36,642 nucleotides of DNA from Rhodoferax sp. (GTDB lineage: Bacteria; Pseudomonadota; Gammaproteobacteria; Burkholderiales; Burkholderiaceae_C), in contig JBIKZP010000001.1 in NCBI GenBank assembly GCA_044354655.1, positions 1-36,642 of the forward strand, given 5' to 3'. The notes under the pieces are model-generated. The model was not told where the DNA came from, searched no databases, and saw nothing but the letters and a program-made list of their open reading frames with translations. A program made the position numbers and the translations under genes. Below, one piece after another: positions 10,562-19,983 of the stretch. How positions within the stretch are numbered: the first letter of the stretch is position 1; every line of letters starts with the position of its first letter.

Positions 10562-12184
10562 TCATTTGCCTCTTAAAAAACCGTCATAAATAGCGACTGT
10601 GGTCTTTATTGCGGCACTTGATTGGCCTGGGTACCAGACAGTCGCCGGGGTGGTTTGAACGACGGTACCTTCAGGTGCAAGAAGGCGGGCAATCGCCAAA
10701 CCTTCAACCAACATGTCTGCAGGTCCTGCACATATCAGCGCTGGGCATCCTAGCAAGGGAAGGCGTGATCGCGTGTTGTATTTAAATGCTGCGCAGTAGG
10801 TGCGGTGATAAGTACGGCCACTTTTGAGCAAGCCAACTGTCCAGTCGTGCAAACTTTGTAGATCAGGTAAGCCTAGGGAGCGTGCTGCATCTCGAGATTG
10901 TCTGTACCACGGCCAGAATAAAAACATGTCTCGACGCATATTCCATGCACGAAGAACATGGGTGCCCCAGCGATCCGGCTGAATGGGGGGCAGGTAGTTT
11001 TCTAATATGTCGTTGGTGAAGCTTTGGTCAAGCAAAGGGGGGGCTTCAAGAATGATGCGGCCTACGCGATGGGGTTGTAAAAGCGCAAACTCTAGCGCAA
11101 CTAAAGCCCCGGTATGGGTACCAAATAAATCAACCTGGCTCAGGTTCAATGCATCTGCAACTTCGATTGCATTGTGAGCCATACTGTTTATATCCACCTC
11201 CCCTACAGCCTTGTCTGAATCACCGTTATCAAGGTAGTCACACGCAATTACGGTGCGCCCCTTGGCCAGTCGCTTCATGAGCAACTCCAGCGGCTCTGCT
11301 GACCCCGGTGCCGACTGAAAAAGGAGTAAGGTCTTTGGCCCATGGCCTACACGGCGCAGGTGCACCCTGCCAGATGGCGTTTGAAGATACTCATAGCGTA
11401 TGCCGGCACTGGCAACTTGTGGCGTAGCGCTAGGCATAAAGGGTGCGCGACCTTGGATCAATGTGTCGAGTTTTAGCTTTAGGGCCGTCATTGACGGTAA
11501 GTCATGCGCCTTGAGGACTCCGTCGTCAGCCATTGAGGCCGTCTCGAGGGCTTGGGCGCATATCGTCCAGAGCTTGCTGTAACCAGCCGGGTTGACCGCA
11601 GCCGCAACGACTGATGTATCGAGTTCTAAGGGGGTCGGAAGCGGTGAGCCGTGGGGGTCAATATGTGATGGCTTGCCTGAATCAAGCATGAGGCAGTTGC
11701 GAAAGTGGGCATGCAGTGCGACCAGATGCGTGCCGTCTTCGCGCAGTTTCAGAGACGGTAGTCGCTGAGCGCCACCCACCCATTGTTTCGCTTTTTCCAC
11801 ATCTATTTGCAGCAGTTCCATATCCGCCGATTGACAGCGTGATAAGGCCATCGCGATTGACGTTGCAAGATCAAAGCTCAGCAAAACCGACTTAGTCATG
11901 CCGAGAAGACTCAAGGCCGCGAATATCGCTCCAGCAACTTCTTGTACGTTATGCGCTGAAATTTTTGCAGAGCCGCCAATCCCTGGTAGCTCGACAACGG
12001 TCAAATGCCACCCCGGAATTTGCTGAGCCATTTGATGCGCCGTGACCTCAGCCGACATCACCAGTCCCGGCAACACCACCAAGCTCGGTCCAGCGCCAGC
12101 GCTCCATACCCGTAGCTGCCCCACTGAGGTAGACACATAGCGTGGTTGCACCGAATTTTCAAATAGTTCGGCAACTTGATTCAT
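10562..12184 (-). CDS. Tandem (two-domain) alpha/beta hydrolase-fold protein with non-canonical nucleophile elbows
   Basis: Two repeats of the fold start (YVSTSVGQLRV / YLQTPSGRVHL; ELPGIGGS / DYLDNGDS). Elbows read SFDLA and GTHTG. Confidence 0.75.
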   Translation of the reverse strand: MNQVAELFENSVQPRYVSTSVGQLRVWSAGAGPSLVVLPGLVMSAEVTAHQMAQQIPGWHLTVVELPGIGGSAKISAHNVQEVAGAIFAALSLLGMTKSVLLSFDLATSIAMALSRCQSADMELLQIDVEKAKQWVGGAQRLPSLKLREDGTHLVALHAHFRNCLMLDSGKPSHIDPHGSPLPTPLELDTSVVAAAVNPAGYSKLWTICAQALETASMADDGVLKAHDLPSMTALKLKLDTLIQGRAPFMPSATPQVASAGIRYEYLQTPSGRVHLRRVGHGPKTLLLFQSAPGSAEPLELLMKRLAKGRTVIACDYLDNGDSDKAVGEVDINSMAHNAIEVADALNLSQVDLFGTHTGALVALEFALLQPHRVGRIILEAPPLLDQSFTNDILENYLPPIQPDRWGTHVLRAWNMRRDMFLFWPWYRQSRDAARSLGLPDLQSLHDWTVGLLKSGRTYHRTYCAAFKYNTRSRLPLLGCPALICAGPADMLVEGLAIARLLAPEGTVVQTTPATVWYPGQSSAAIKTTVAIYDGFLRGK

Positions 12185-12267
12185 GGCAATTTTTTTAGTT
12201 TGGAAGAAAGTAATGTTAGAAAGCTTGGGGAACTTTCATCAATCGCCTAGGTTGAAAACATCGCGCT

Positions 12268-13125
12268 CTAATGCTCGCTGACCATGAATTGTTTTTGAAG
12301 CGCATCTACCCTGGAAAATCCAATAAATTCATTGAAGTCATTAATGGGTGTCACTGGCCGCGGGAGATTTTTGGAAGATTTACTCGCCGACAGTTCCTTC
12401 AGGTTCTCGCGAATCGCTTGTGTCGCACTCATCAGCGCCACCAGTGGATAGGTGGCGATGCCCGCCACTTCTTCGATTTCACTTTTACTGAGGTCTTTTT
12501 CCAGCCAACCCAATAACTGCAAGGAAAGGGGAACCCCTGCGGCTTGCCGCATCGCGCGCAGCCCGGCGATGTCTTTGAAGCATCTGGAAATTGGCTGGAT
12601 GATGTCGGCGCCAGCTGCCACATAAGCCTTAGCGCGACGCATAGCTTCAGCGGGATCCACTGCATCGGTGCGGGCAATGATCAGCGTTTCTGGATTGCGA
12701 CGCACTGACGCAATCGCCCTGATTTTGGCAACCCCCTCTTCCATTGAAATAATGTCAATCTGCAAGGAAGAGCAAGGGCATCGCTTGGGTGAAATCTGGT
12801 CCTCCATGATGACGGCTGCGGCACCAGCCGATTCAAACTCGCGCATAGTGCGCATGGCATTGATGGGGTTACCGTAGCCGGTATCGATGTCGGCAATCAC
12901 GGGTATCGTGACAGCGTTACAAACGTTGCGTGTCACCGTCAAATTTTCGGACATGGTGTAGATCTCGGTGTCTGGCTCACCCAAGAATGACGCCGATATG
13001 CCAAAACCGGAGGTCAGCAAGGCATCAAAACCGGCCTCCTGTATCAGACGTGCACTCAGCGCATCGAAGGCTCCAGCGGCCCAAACAGTCCCTGATTTTT
13101 GTATGCGTGCCCTAAGACTTGTCAT
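12268..13125 (-). CDS. Isocitrate lyase/PEP mutase superfamily enzyme (PrpB/Dml/OAH-like), divergent
   Basis: AFDALSA, SGFG, ADIDTGYG, EDQ..PKRC, IARTDA, AGAD. Confidence 0.9.
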   Translation of the reverse strand: MTSLRARIQKSGTVWAAGAFDALSARLIQEAGFDALLTSGFGISASFLGEPDTEIYTMSENLTVTRNVCNAVTIPVIADIDTGYGNPINAMRTMREFESAGAAAVIMEDQISPKRCPCSSLQIDIISMEEGVAKIRAIASVRRNPETLIIARTDAVDPAEAMRRAKAYVAAGADIIQPISRCFKDIAGLRAMRQAAGVPLSLQLLGWLEKDLSKSEIEEVAGIATYPLVALMSATQAIRENLKELSASKSSKNLPRPVTPINDFNEFIGFSRVDALQKQFMVSEH

Positions 13126-13655
13126 GATGTTTCTCCGATTGCAGTTGGTTTAAAAAAACGATTTTTCAAATAATTCTCCAAACCACCGGCCTGAAGCATG
13201 GCAAAGTCAGCGCGTGGCAAGGGTTCAAAATCAATGGAAGTTCCCTGGGTCAGGTTGCGTAGGGTCGAGGCGGCCCAGTCCACTTCAATTTCATCCCACC
13301 TAGACACAAATTCAAGAATGCCAGGACACGGAATTTGTGGGAAACCCATGCTGATCTCGCCACGCCAGTAACCTGGCGAAAAGGATTCGGCAATGATCCC
13401 CCTGATGCCGAGATGTCGCATGGCCTTCATGGGGGGGTAATGCGGATGGCCATAACCAAAATTATGGTTGCCCACCAATAGATCCCCCTGCTTAACTGTG
13501 TTCAAAAAATTCTTGTCATACGATTGCATTGCCGACTTGGTCAGCTCATTGATGTCTGTGGTTTTCATATTTGAGACACCAACAATCTGGTCCACATCAA
13601 AGTCAATTTCTTCGAATATGAAGGCCACACGTCCACGCAAATTATTCAAAGTCAT
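13122..13655 (-). CDS. LeuD/aconitase small (swivel) subunit-like
   Basis: DVDQI, GDLLVG.NFG.G, IIAESF, C-terminal GGL; adjacent to the LeuC-like gene. Confidence 0.88.
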   Translation of the reverse strand: MTLNNLRGRVAFIFEEIDFDVDQIVGVSNMKTTDINELTKSAMQSYDKNFLNTVKQGDLLVGNHNFGYGHPHYPPMKAMRHLGIRGIIAESFSPGYWRGEISMGFPQIPCPGILEFVSRWDEIEVDWAASTLRNLTQGTSIDFEPLPRADFAMLQAGGLENYLKNRFFKPTAIGETS

Positions 13656-13657
13656 GG

Positions 13658-14920
13658 TCAGCCTTTCAGGTACGGGCGTGGATCAGCGATTTTTCCTTCG
13701 ATTGCCGAAGCTGCCACCACAGCGGCATTGCAGAGGTAGATTTCTGAATCTGGGCTGCCCATTCGGCCCCGGACGTTCAGCGTCCCGGTGGAGACGGCTC
13801 GCTGTCCTGGGGCCATCGTGGCAATGCGTCCGAAACAATAGTCGCAGGAAGACGAAGAGACAAATGCACCCGCTTCCACCAGAGTTGCAATGAGACCTTC
13901 ACGCGCGGCCTCAGCCATGATGGCCTGGCTGGTGGGTACCACATGAAGCGCAAAACCTGGCGCAATTTGTTTACCTTGCAGCACCTGCGCCGCGATACGC
14001 AGGTCCTCTAGACGACCAGAAACACATGAGCCCAGGTAGCCGGTTTGCACCTCCAGGCCAACATAGTCTTTTAAGTCGCGCGTGTTTGCAGGGCTTGGCG
14101 GAATCACGATGATGGGCTGCAGGGTGGACAGGTCAATCGTGTGGCGAGCCGCATATTGGGCATCGTCATCGCTGCTGACAGGCTCAAGTTGTTTGCGCGC
14201 CCGGGGCAGCGCGTAGGCAAGTCGTTCCGCGTCCGGGTTGACGATCGCCGTCAGCGCGCCGGTGAACATCGCCAAACCGGTGATGGTTTGGAGGCTGTCC
14301 GTGGAGAAGGCACTGGCCGCTGAACCGCCGATTTCCAGAACCTGAAAACGGCACGAAGCCGAACCCAGCACACGAACCAGGTGGTGAAACACATCACGAG
14401 CCATGACACCGGGATTTAAAGTGCCCACCAGATCAACACGTGTGGTTTGTGGCACCTTGATGGCAACGCGCTCCATGGCAAAGGCTTCCAGCACATTGCG
14501 GCGGATACCCATTGCCAGCGTGCCAAAGGTACCTAGCTGGCTGACATGGCCATCAAAATGGACGACAAAGGCGCCCGGTGTTGCAAAGCCGACCTCGCAA
14601 GCGACCTGATGACCGATTCCTTTGCGTTCATAAAGTGAGACATTGTTTTTGCTGCACCAATCTCGCGTACCCATGTGCAATTCCTCTTCCTTAGCCGAGG
14701 TCGCTGGCACCATGTGATCAATGAAGATGCCGAAGCGCTCGGGCTCAGGAATTTGTTCGATTCCGAAATCGTCTTTCAATTGTTTGAAGATGACATCGGT
14801 GTAGCCAGGAAAATCATAGGCCAGAACAAAATCTGGTTTGGCCATGATTTCGTCGCCGGCCTTCACCGCTTCCAATCCGGCCGCGCGCGCAAGAATTTTT
14901 TCTGCAATTGTGTAACCCAT
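13658..14920 (-). CDS. LeuC/aconitase-family [4Fe-4S] large subunit-like
   Basis: TIAEKIL, IDH, GIGHQ, three cluster Cys (GSCVSGR; SCDYCFG), GRMGS. Confidence 0.9.
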   Translation of the reverse strand: MGYTIAEKILARAAGLEAVKAGDEIMAKPDFVLAYDFPGYTDVIFKQLKDDFGIEQIPEPERFGIFIDHMVPATSAKEEELHMGTRDWCSKNNVSLYERKGIGHQVACEVGFATPGAFVVHFDGHVSQLGTFGTLAMGIRRNVLEAFAMERVAIKVPQTTRVDLVGTLNPGVMARDVFHHLVRVLGSASCRFQVLEIGGSAASAFSTDSLQTITGLAMFTGALTAIVNPDAERLAYALPRARKQLEPVSSDDDAQYAARHTIDLSTLQPIIVIPPSPANTRDLKDYVGLEVQTGYLGSCVSGRLEDLRIAAQVLQGKQIAPGFALHVVPTSQAIMAEAAREGLIATLVEAGAFVSSSSCDYCFGRIATMAPGQRAVSTGTLNVRGRMGSPDSEIYLCNAAVVAASAIEGKIADPRPYLKG

Positions 14921-14944
14921 ATTTTTTTCTCCTGAGGTGATGGG

Positions 14945-16516
14945 TTAGCGGCTAAAGCCAAGGGAGCCGGGGTTCATGATGCCGTCCGGATCGACCGCTG
15001 TTTTAAGCGACGTCAGCAGCGCCCAGGTGGATGGTTGTTGGACGTCTTTGAACGGGTAGTCGCGTGCAATTTGCCAGTTAACCCCGCCCAGTCCGACATA
15101 AACCGCCTGTATCCCTTGACGCAAAGTTGCTACCGCTTCACGGGCTGCCACATTGGCAGGTCTTGAGAGCCAGGGCGCCACGACATCTTCACCCACTGAC
15201 TTTCGGTGCAGGGGTGTGATTTCATCCAACCAGTAAAAGGCCGGCTCAAAGAAGAATTCGCCGGCTACCGTCATGGTCAGGTGCGACAAAATGATTCCAT
15301 GTTGTTCAATCAAGGCGCGCTGGCTCTCGAAATACGCGTCACTGGCGGCGACGACGCGCGCTGCCTCGCTCATCGGAAATACGGAATGGATGGGCACCCA
15401 TCGCTGCCCCTCTGCGCCCAACATGCCACGCACCGGATTAAAGGGTTTAGATCGCATGACCCGGGCAGCGGCATTTGAGATTTCGATACCGTACTTACTG
15501 CCAATGGCACGCAGTGCCTCCATGTTGTGATTCAGGTCTTCCAGACTTCGACCTTCAACCACCAGGTGTAGAGAACAGGCATGGTCTGCAAGATAGTTTT
15601 CACCGGCAGCGACGACACTGACCACGTCTTTGATGCCCTGCGCCCAGCCTTTGGCCGCTTTGGCAACATTTCCAATGATCTTCACCCCGTCAGCCAACTT
15701 GTTGACACTCGCCGAGTTGAGTGCTTTTGACCGGTCAATTCCAAAGCTGGTGGCAACCGCATACAAACGGCTCATTTCAGTTTGAGCCAGCACCATCGAC
15801 GTCATGTCCTTGAAACCGAAGCCGAGAAAATCCTGATCTTTGGCTTCTGGCACCAGCTTCAGCGTCGCGGCCAGTTTGAGACCGAAGGCCCCTGTATCCC
15901 CCAAAAACATACCCGTGATGTCAGGGCCTGCATAGCGCGTAAAGGGTTTTGTATTGGTACGTCCGCCCGAGCCCGTCGTAACGGTTTCGCCATTGGCCAG
16001 CAAGACGGTAACGCCCAACACATTGTTGGCAACCGTGCCATGAATACCCGAGCCGAAAAATGCGCTATTTTGAGACAGGGCGCCGCCAACTGTGGCATTG
16101 ATGCCCGACAAGGGTCCCCAGTAGCCTGTGTTGACGCCTGTGCCCTCCAGGGCCTTGTGGACTTGAGCCCAGGTGCAACCCGCTTCCACCGTGATGTAGC
16201 TGTCGGCCACATTGACCTCCAGCACCTTGTTTAGTTTGCGTGTGTCAATAACGATTGATTGCGCACTTTGCGGTATGTAGCCTTTTGTGTAGGACATACC
16301 ACCACCGCGTGGGACGAGAGAGATTTTGTGGCGCGCAGCTACTTTGACAGCCTCTGCGGCTTGTTGTCGCGACTCAGGCACCACCACGGCCAATGGGGCG
16401 ATTCCAGGCTGCCAAAAAATGTCATTGGCGTAGTAGTCCCGGGTGGCGCTGTCGTCGAAAACAACTGCGGCACCTGCTGCCGATTTCAGTTCAATTAAAA
16501 AAGTGTCGCTGCTCAT
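14945..16516 (-). CDS. FAD-binding oxidoreductase (VAO/PCMH flavoprotein family)
   Basis: PRGGGMSYTKGY, TVEAG, ATVGG, GPDITGMFLGDTG, DPDGIMNPG. Confidence 0.88.
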   Translation of the reverse strand: MSSDTFLIELKSAAGAAVVFDDSATRDYYANDIFWQPGIAPLAVVVPESRQQAAEAVKVAARHKISLVPRGGGMSYTKGYIPQSAQSIVIDTRKLNKVLEVNVADSYITVEAGCTWAQVHKALEGTGVNTGYWGPLSGINATVGGALSQNSAFFGSGIHGTVANNVLGVTVLLANGETVTTGSGGRTNTKPFTRYAGPDITGMFLGDTGAFGLKLAATLKLVPEAKDQDFLGFGFKDMTSMVLAQTEMSRLYAVATSFGIDRSKALNSASVNKLADGVKIIGNVAKAAKGWAQGIKDVVSVVAAGENYLADHACSLHLVVEGRSLEDLNHNMEALRAIGSKYGIEISNAAARVMRSKPFNPVRGMLGAEGQRWVPIHSVFPMSEAARVVAASDAYFESQRALIEQHGIILSHLTMTVAGEFFFEPAFYWLDEITPLHRKSVGEDVVAPWLSRPANVAAREAVATLRQGIQAVYVGLGGVNWQIARDYPFKDVQQPSTWALLTSLKTAVDPDGIMNPGSLGFSR

Positions 16517-16579
16517 TTAGGAGGTCCTCACAAATTGAAACGGTATATATCTTTGGGAAATGGTGGGCGGAAAATCAAC

Positions 16580-17488
16580 TCAGTGGCCAGAAACAACCAA
16601 GTCGTCCGCGGGGTTGAAGTCATAGCCTGTGGCATGGCGTTTGACGTAACCCCCATGTGGCGCCCCAAAGTGAGCGGGTAAAAGCAGCGCCTTGCGATCA
16701 CTGCAATAGTCCAATACGGCACGCCGAGTGAGACGGGCCTGATCTGCCGATTCGCAAAAACGGCTATTCCAATCAGGCCGGTAAACCTGCATCGGCTGGT
16801 GCAGACTGTCGCCCGGAAAGACGGCTGCCTCGCGCTCAGACTCCAGCTTCAGCATGCCGTGACCTTCGGTGTGGCCAGGGGCATCTTCGAAAAACAAGCC
16901 AGGCAAAATTTGTGCCCCATCTTCCACAAAATCAACCATACCCGCTGCCACGATGGGCAGCACGCTGTCGGCAATCACCGCCATGTTTTCCGGCAGTTTG
17001 GTACCACCCCCGGTGGGCGACTGCCAGTGCTCAAACTCACGCCGTGAAAAGATATAACGCGCGTTGGGAAACGTGGGCACCCACTGGTTGTTCACCAGAC
17101 GCGTGTTCCATCCAACATGGTCGACATGCAAGTGCGTACAAATCACCATCGTCACATCTTCCGGACGAACACCTTCCGCCAGCAAGTTGTCAAGATAGGG
17201 GAGGTTAAGCTGGTGAAAGCGTTGAAAGATGGGAAGTGCGCGCGACTTGTCATTGCCGCAACCCGTGTCAACCAAGATGACATGATGGTCTTTGCGGATC
17301 ATCCACGAGTGCATGCTCGACATGACCTTGCCGCTTTCAGCATGCCAGAACCGTGGAGCAGACAAGAGTTTGTTCTGCTGAAAAATATGGTCATCAAAAT
17401 CAGGAAAAAGAAACTCCGGAAAGAAACCAGGCGTCAGCATTTCCTCAATACGTGTCACGTAATGCGAGCCAACTTTAAATGTGCTCAT
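16580..17488 (-). CDS. MBL-fold metallo-hydrolase (lactonase/amidohydrolase-like)
   Basis: LVDTG, THLHVDHVGWN, PGHT.GH, GD..H, PAHF; ATG at 17488 after GGAAG. Confidence 0.9.
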   Translation of the reverse strand: MSTFKVGSHYVTRIEEMLTPGFFPEFLFPDFDDHIFQQNKLLSAPRFWHAESGKVMSSMHSWMIRKDHHVILVDTGCGNDKSRALPIFQRFHQLNLPYLDNLLAEGVRPEDVTMVICTHLHVDHVGWNTRLVNNQWVPTFPNARYIFSRREFEHWQSPTGGGTKLPENMAVIADSVLPIVAAGMVDFVEDGAQILPGLFFEDAPGHTEGHGMLKLESEREAAVFPGDSLHQPMQVYRPDWNSRFCESADQARLTRRAVLDYCSDRKALLLPAHFGAPHGGYVKRHATGYDFNPADDLVVSGH

Positions 17489-17538
17489 TTGAGAACTTTC
17501 TTCCAAATCAAGTAAAGACAAGGTCCAGTTAAAAATCC

Positions 17539-17549
17539 CCACATTGTGG
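17539..17549. promoter_or_regulatory. Palindromic operator copy 1, CCACATTGTGG (putative IclR site)
   Basis: 5-1-5 palindrome in the divergent MBL/IclR intergenic region; three copies in the locus. Confidence 0.7.
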
Positions 17550-17605
17550 ATTTTTAAAAATCTGTTATTGATTGCATTATTTGACTTTAAAAAAACGCTT
17601 TTTAC

Positions 17606-17636
17606 AGGGTTTTCCCTTGATGAGCCACAATGTGGA
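17606..17636. promoter_or_regulatory. Composite element AGGGTTTTCCCT-N6-GCCACAATGTGGA
   Basis: Same two boxes and same 6-nt spacing as at 23009-23039. Confidence 0.75.
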
Positions 17637-17654
17637 TTGAATGTATGATTTCAC

Positions 17655-18491
17655 ATGATGAACACAGCCTCAGGACCCGTATCTTTGTCCAGCAGTGACG
17701 ATCCGCAAGCTCCCCCAAGAACGGGCACACAGAGTATTGAGCGGGTAGTCGCCATGATCCGTGTGGTGGCATCTCGGGGACGCAGTGGCATGCGTATTGG
17801 AGAGGTTGTCTCGACCTCCGGTCTGCCGCAGTCCACTTGTTTTCGTATGCTTCAGCGTATGGAACTTGAGGGCTTGGTCAATCGTGATCCGCATACCCGC
17901 AAATACTACCTGGGTCCTTTACTTTACGAACTGGGCTTGCTTGCACGGCCACGCTACAGGCTCAGCGAGTTGTGCGACTCTTCGTTACATCACTTGGCGG
18001 ATGTCACGCACGACACCATCTATCTGAGTGAACGCAGCAATATGGAGGCGGTCTGTACCAACCGTGCCTTGGGTGATTTCCCCATCAAAGCACTACCCCT
18101 TGACATTGGTATCAGACGCCCTCTCGGGGTGGGGGCCGGTGGGTTGGCCATACTGTGCGCCATGCCTGAAACCGAAGCCCATGCCATCATCCAAAATAAC
18201 GCCCACCGTTACCTGAAGTTTGCAACGTTCAGCGTAGATTTTCTTCGCCAAGCTGTCGACCAGGGGCGCGTACAAGGCTACTCCTTTCTTGACAGCGCCG
18301 TGACACCAGGAACAGCTGCAATAGGTGTTGCATTCCCGCAGGGAAATCCAGTTGCAGCCATCAGTGTTTCTGCTTTGTCGGGGCGGCTTGAGCAACCCCG
18401 CCGTGAAGAGATTGCCCAAGAACTGCACCGCCAGTTGCGCAAAATTTCCGACAAGATTACGGCGCTTACTGCTCTTCCTTCTGAAAGATAG
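17655..18491 (+). CDS. IclR family transcriptional regulator
   Basis: GTQSIER N-terminus, HTH GLPQSTCFRML, YYLGP, RRPLGVGAGGLAIL, AAISVS. Confidence 0.93.
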   Translation: MMNTASGPVSLSSSDDPQAPPRTGTQSIERVVAMIRVVASRGRSGMRIGEVVSTSGLPQSTCFRMLQRMELEGLVNRDPHTRKYYLGPLLYELGLLARPRYRLSELCDSSLHHLADVTHDTIYLSERSNMEAVCTNRALGDFPIKALPLDIGIRRPLGVGAGGLAILCAMPETEAHAIIQNNAHRYLKFATFSVDFLRQAVDQGRVQGYSFLDSAVTPGTAAIGVAFPQGNPVAAISVSALSGRLEQPRREEIAQELHRQLRKISDKITALTALPSER

Positions 18492-18497
18492 GCCAAT

Positions 18498-19193
18498 CTA
18501 GGCTAAATAGGCGTCAAGTACACCGCCATCAGCCCGCAGTTCGGGAACCGTTCCCTGGCCCACAATCGAGCCGCGCTTCATCAAATAGGCGTAATCACAG
18601 ACTGAAAGTGCAATTTCAGCATTTTGCTCTACCAGCAGAATGGACTGGCCTTGCTTGTGCAACGTGACAATTGCCTGAAATACCAGATCGATGATCGAGG
18701 GAGCCAAGCCCATGGAGGGTTCATCAAGCACCAGCATGCTTGGCTCAGTCAAAAGGGCACGGCCAATGGCCAACATTTGTTGTTCGCCGCCACTCATCAG
18801 CCCTGCCAATTGCGTGCGACGCTCTTTGAGACGAGGAAACAAATCATACACACGCGCTAGCAGTTCCTGCTCAACACCGCGGCCTGCATAAGAGCTGAGT
18901 TTTAGGTTTTCCTCAACGGTCAGAGGCGCGACAATCATGCGCCCTTCAGGCACCAAGGCAAGACCGCGACGCACGACAAGATGGAGTGGAAGGGCCGATA
19001 TCTCCTCCCCTCCAAGTTTGATGGACCCGCGTACCGGTCGGTGTAGCCCCGCTATGCTACGCAAGGTCGTTGACTTGCCAGCCCCATTGGCACCAAGAAT
19101 GGCAACCATGCGGCCTTTGCCCACTTCAAAAGTGAGGTCACGCACCGCGTGGATGGCGCCGTAACTAGCGCAGAGTCCGGATACGCTCAGCAT
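18498..19193 (-). CDS. Branched-chain amino acid-type ABC transporter ATPase (LivF-like)
   Basis: GANGAGKS, VPEGR, MSGGEQQM, LDEPSMGLAP, VEQN; ATG at 19193. Confidence 0.93.
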   Translation of the reverse strand: MLSVSGLCASYGAIHAVRDLTFEVGKGRMVAILGANGAGKSTTLRSIAGLHRPVRGSIKLGGEEISALPLHLVVRRGLALVPEGRMIVAPLTVEENLKLSSYAGRGVEQELLARVYDLFPRLKERRTQLAGLMSGGEQQMLAIGRALLTEPSMLVLDEPSMGLAPSIIDLVFQAIVTLHKQGQSILLVEQNAEIALSVCDYAYLMKRGSIVGQGTVPELRADGGVLDAYLA

Positions 19194-19983
19194 CGGCGGT
19201 CTTTCCAAAATAAGCAGCCTGCACATCCGGATGGGCAATGCAATCGGCTGGAGTGCCATCGGCCAGAAAACGTCCGAAATTCATAACAGTTACATGGTCG
19301 CAAAAATCTTTGACCAGTTGCACATTGTGTTCAACGATCAGCACCGTCAAGCCGCCATCGCGAAGGCTATGCACAAGCTTACCGATCACTTGGGATTCCT
19401 GTGCGTTCATTCCTGCAGTTGGCTCATCTAGCAGGAGTAGTCGCGGACTTGTCCCAAGGGCGCGGGCGATTTCAACCCGCCGCTGCTCACCATAGGACAA
19501 GGTCTCGGCCAGCAAATGGGCGCGATGGGCCAGTTGCACGCTTGCCAGCAAATCGAATGCATGTGCCTCTACAGCCTTGCGGGCTGCACGGGCCTTGGGT
19601 AGCCCTAGAAAGGAAGCCCACAGGGACGTGCCGCGCCGGACATAGCAACCCGCCATAACTTGCTCTAAAACGGTCATGCCACTGAACAGCCGCACATTTT
19701 GATAAGTGCGCGCAATGCCCTGCTCTGCGATGACATGGGCTGGGCTGCGCTGGATTTCTAAACCCGCAAAACGGATACTGCCGGAGTCGGAGGGCAGCAA
19801 TCCGCTAATGAGATTGACCAGCGTGGTCTTGCCTGCGCCATTCGGGCCCATCAGGCCGGCAACGCTACCAGTCTGAACCGTCATCGACAATTCAGACACT
19901 GCGGCTACACCGCCAAAATGCTTACTTAGCGTGCCTACGTCCAGTAGCGGTTGGGAAATCCCAGTTTCAGAAGCAAGCGTCAC
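19165..19983 (-). CDS. Branched-chain amino acid-type ABC transporter ATPase (LivG-like)
   Basis: GPNGAGKT, ARTYQN, LSYGEQRRVEIARAL, LDEPTAG, VEH. Confidence 0.93.
   Translation of the reverse strand: MTLASETGISQPLLDVGTLSKHFGGVAAVSELSMTVQTGSVAGLMGPNGAGKTTLVNLISGLLPSDSGSIRFAGLEIQRSPAHVIAEQGIARTYQNVRLFSGMTVLEQVMAGCYVRRGTSLWASFLGLPKARAARKAVEAHAFDLLASVQLAHRAHLLAETLSYGEQRRVEIARALGTSPRLLLLDEPTAGMNAQESQVIGKLVHSLRDGGLTVLIVEHNVQLVKDFCDHVTVMNFGRFLADGTPADCIAHPDVQAAYFGKTADAERIRTLR

Noticed and set aside
12268-13125. Calling this gene prpB or PEP mutase (phosphonate biosynthesis)
   Set aside because: It has neither KRCGH nor the PEP mutase EDKxxxxxNS motif, and no prpC/prpD or phosphonate genes are nearby.
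13122-14920. Calling these genes leuC/leuD (leucine biosynthesis)
   Set aside because: Key active-site motifs are replaced, there is no leuB, and the context is catabolic.
12199-17507. 13-bp inverted repeat TTTGGAAGAAAGT (12199-12211 and 17495-17507) bracketing the MBL-to-lyase block
   Set aside because: Matches of 13 bp are expected by chance in 36 kb, one copy doubles as the MBL gene RBS, and no recombinase is present.
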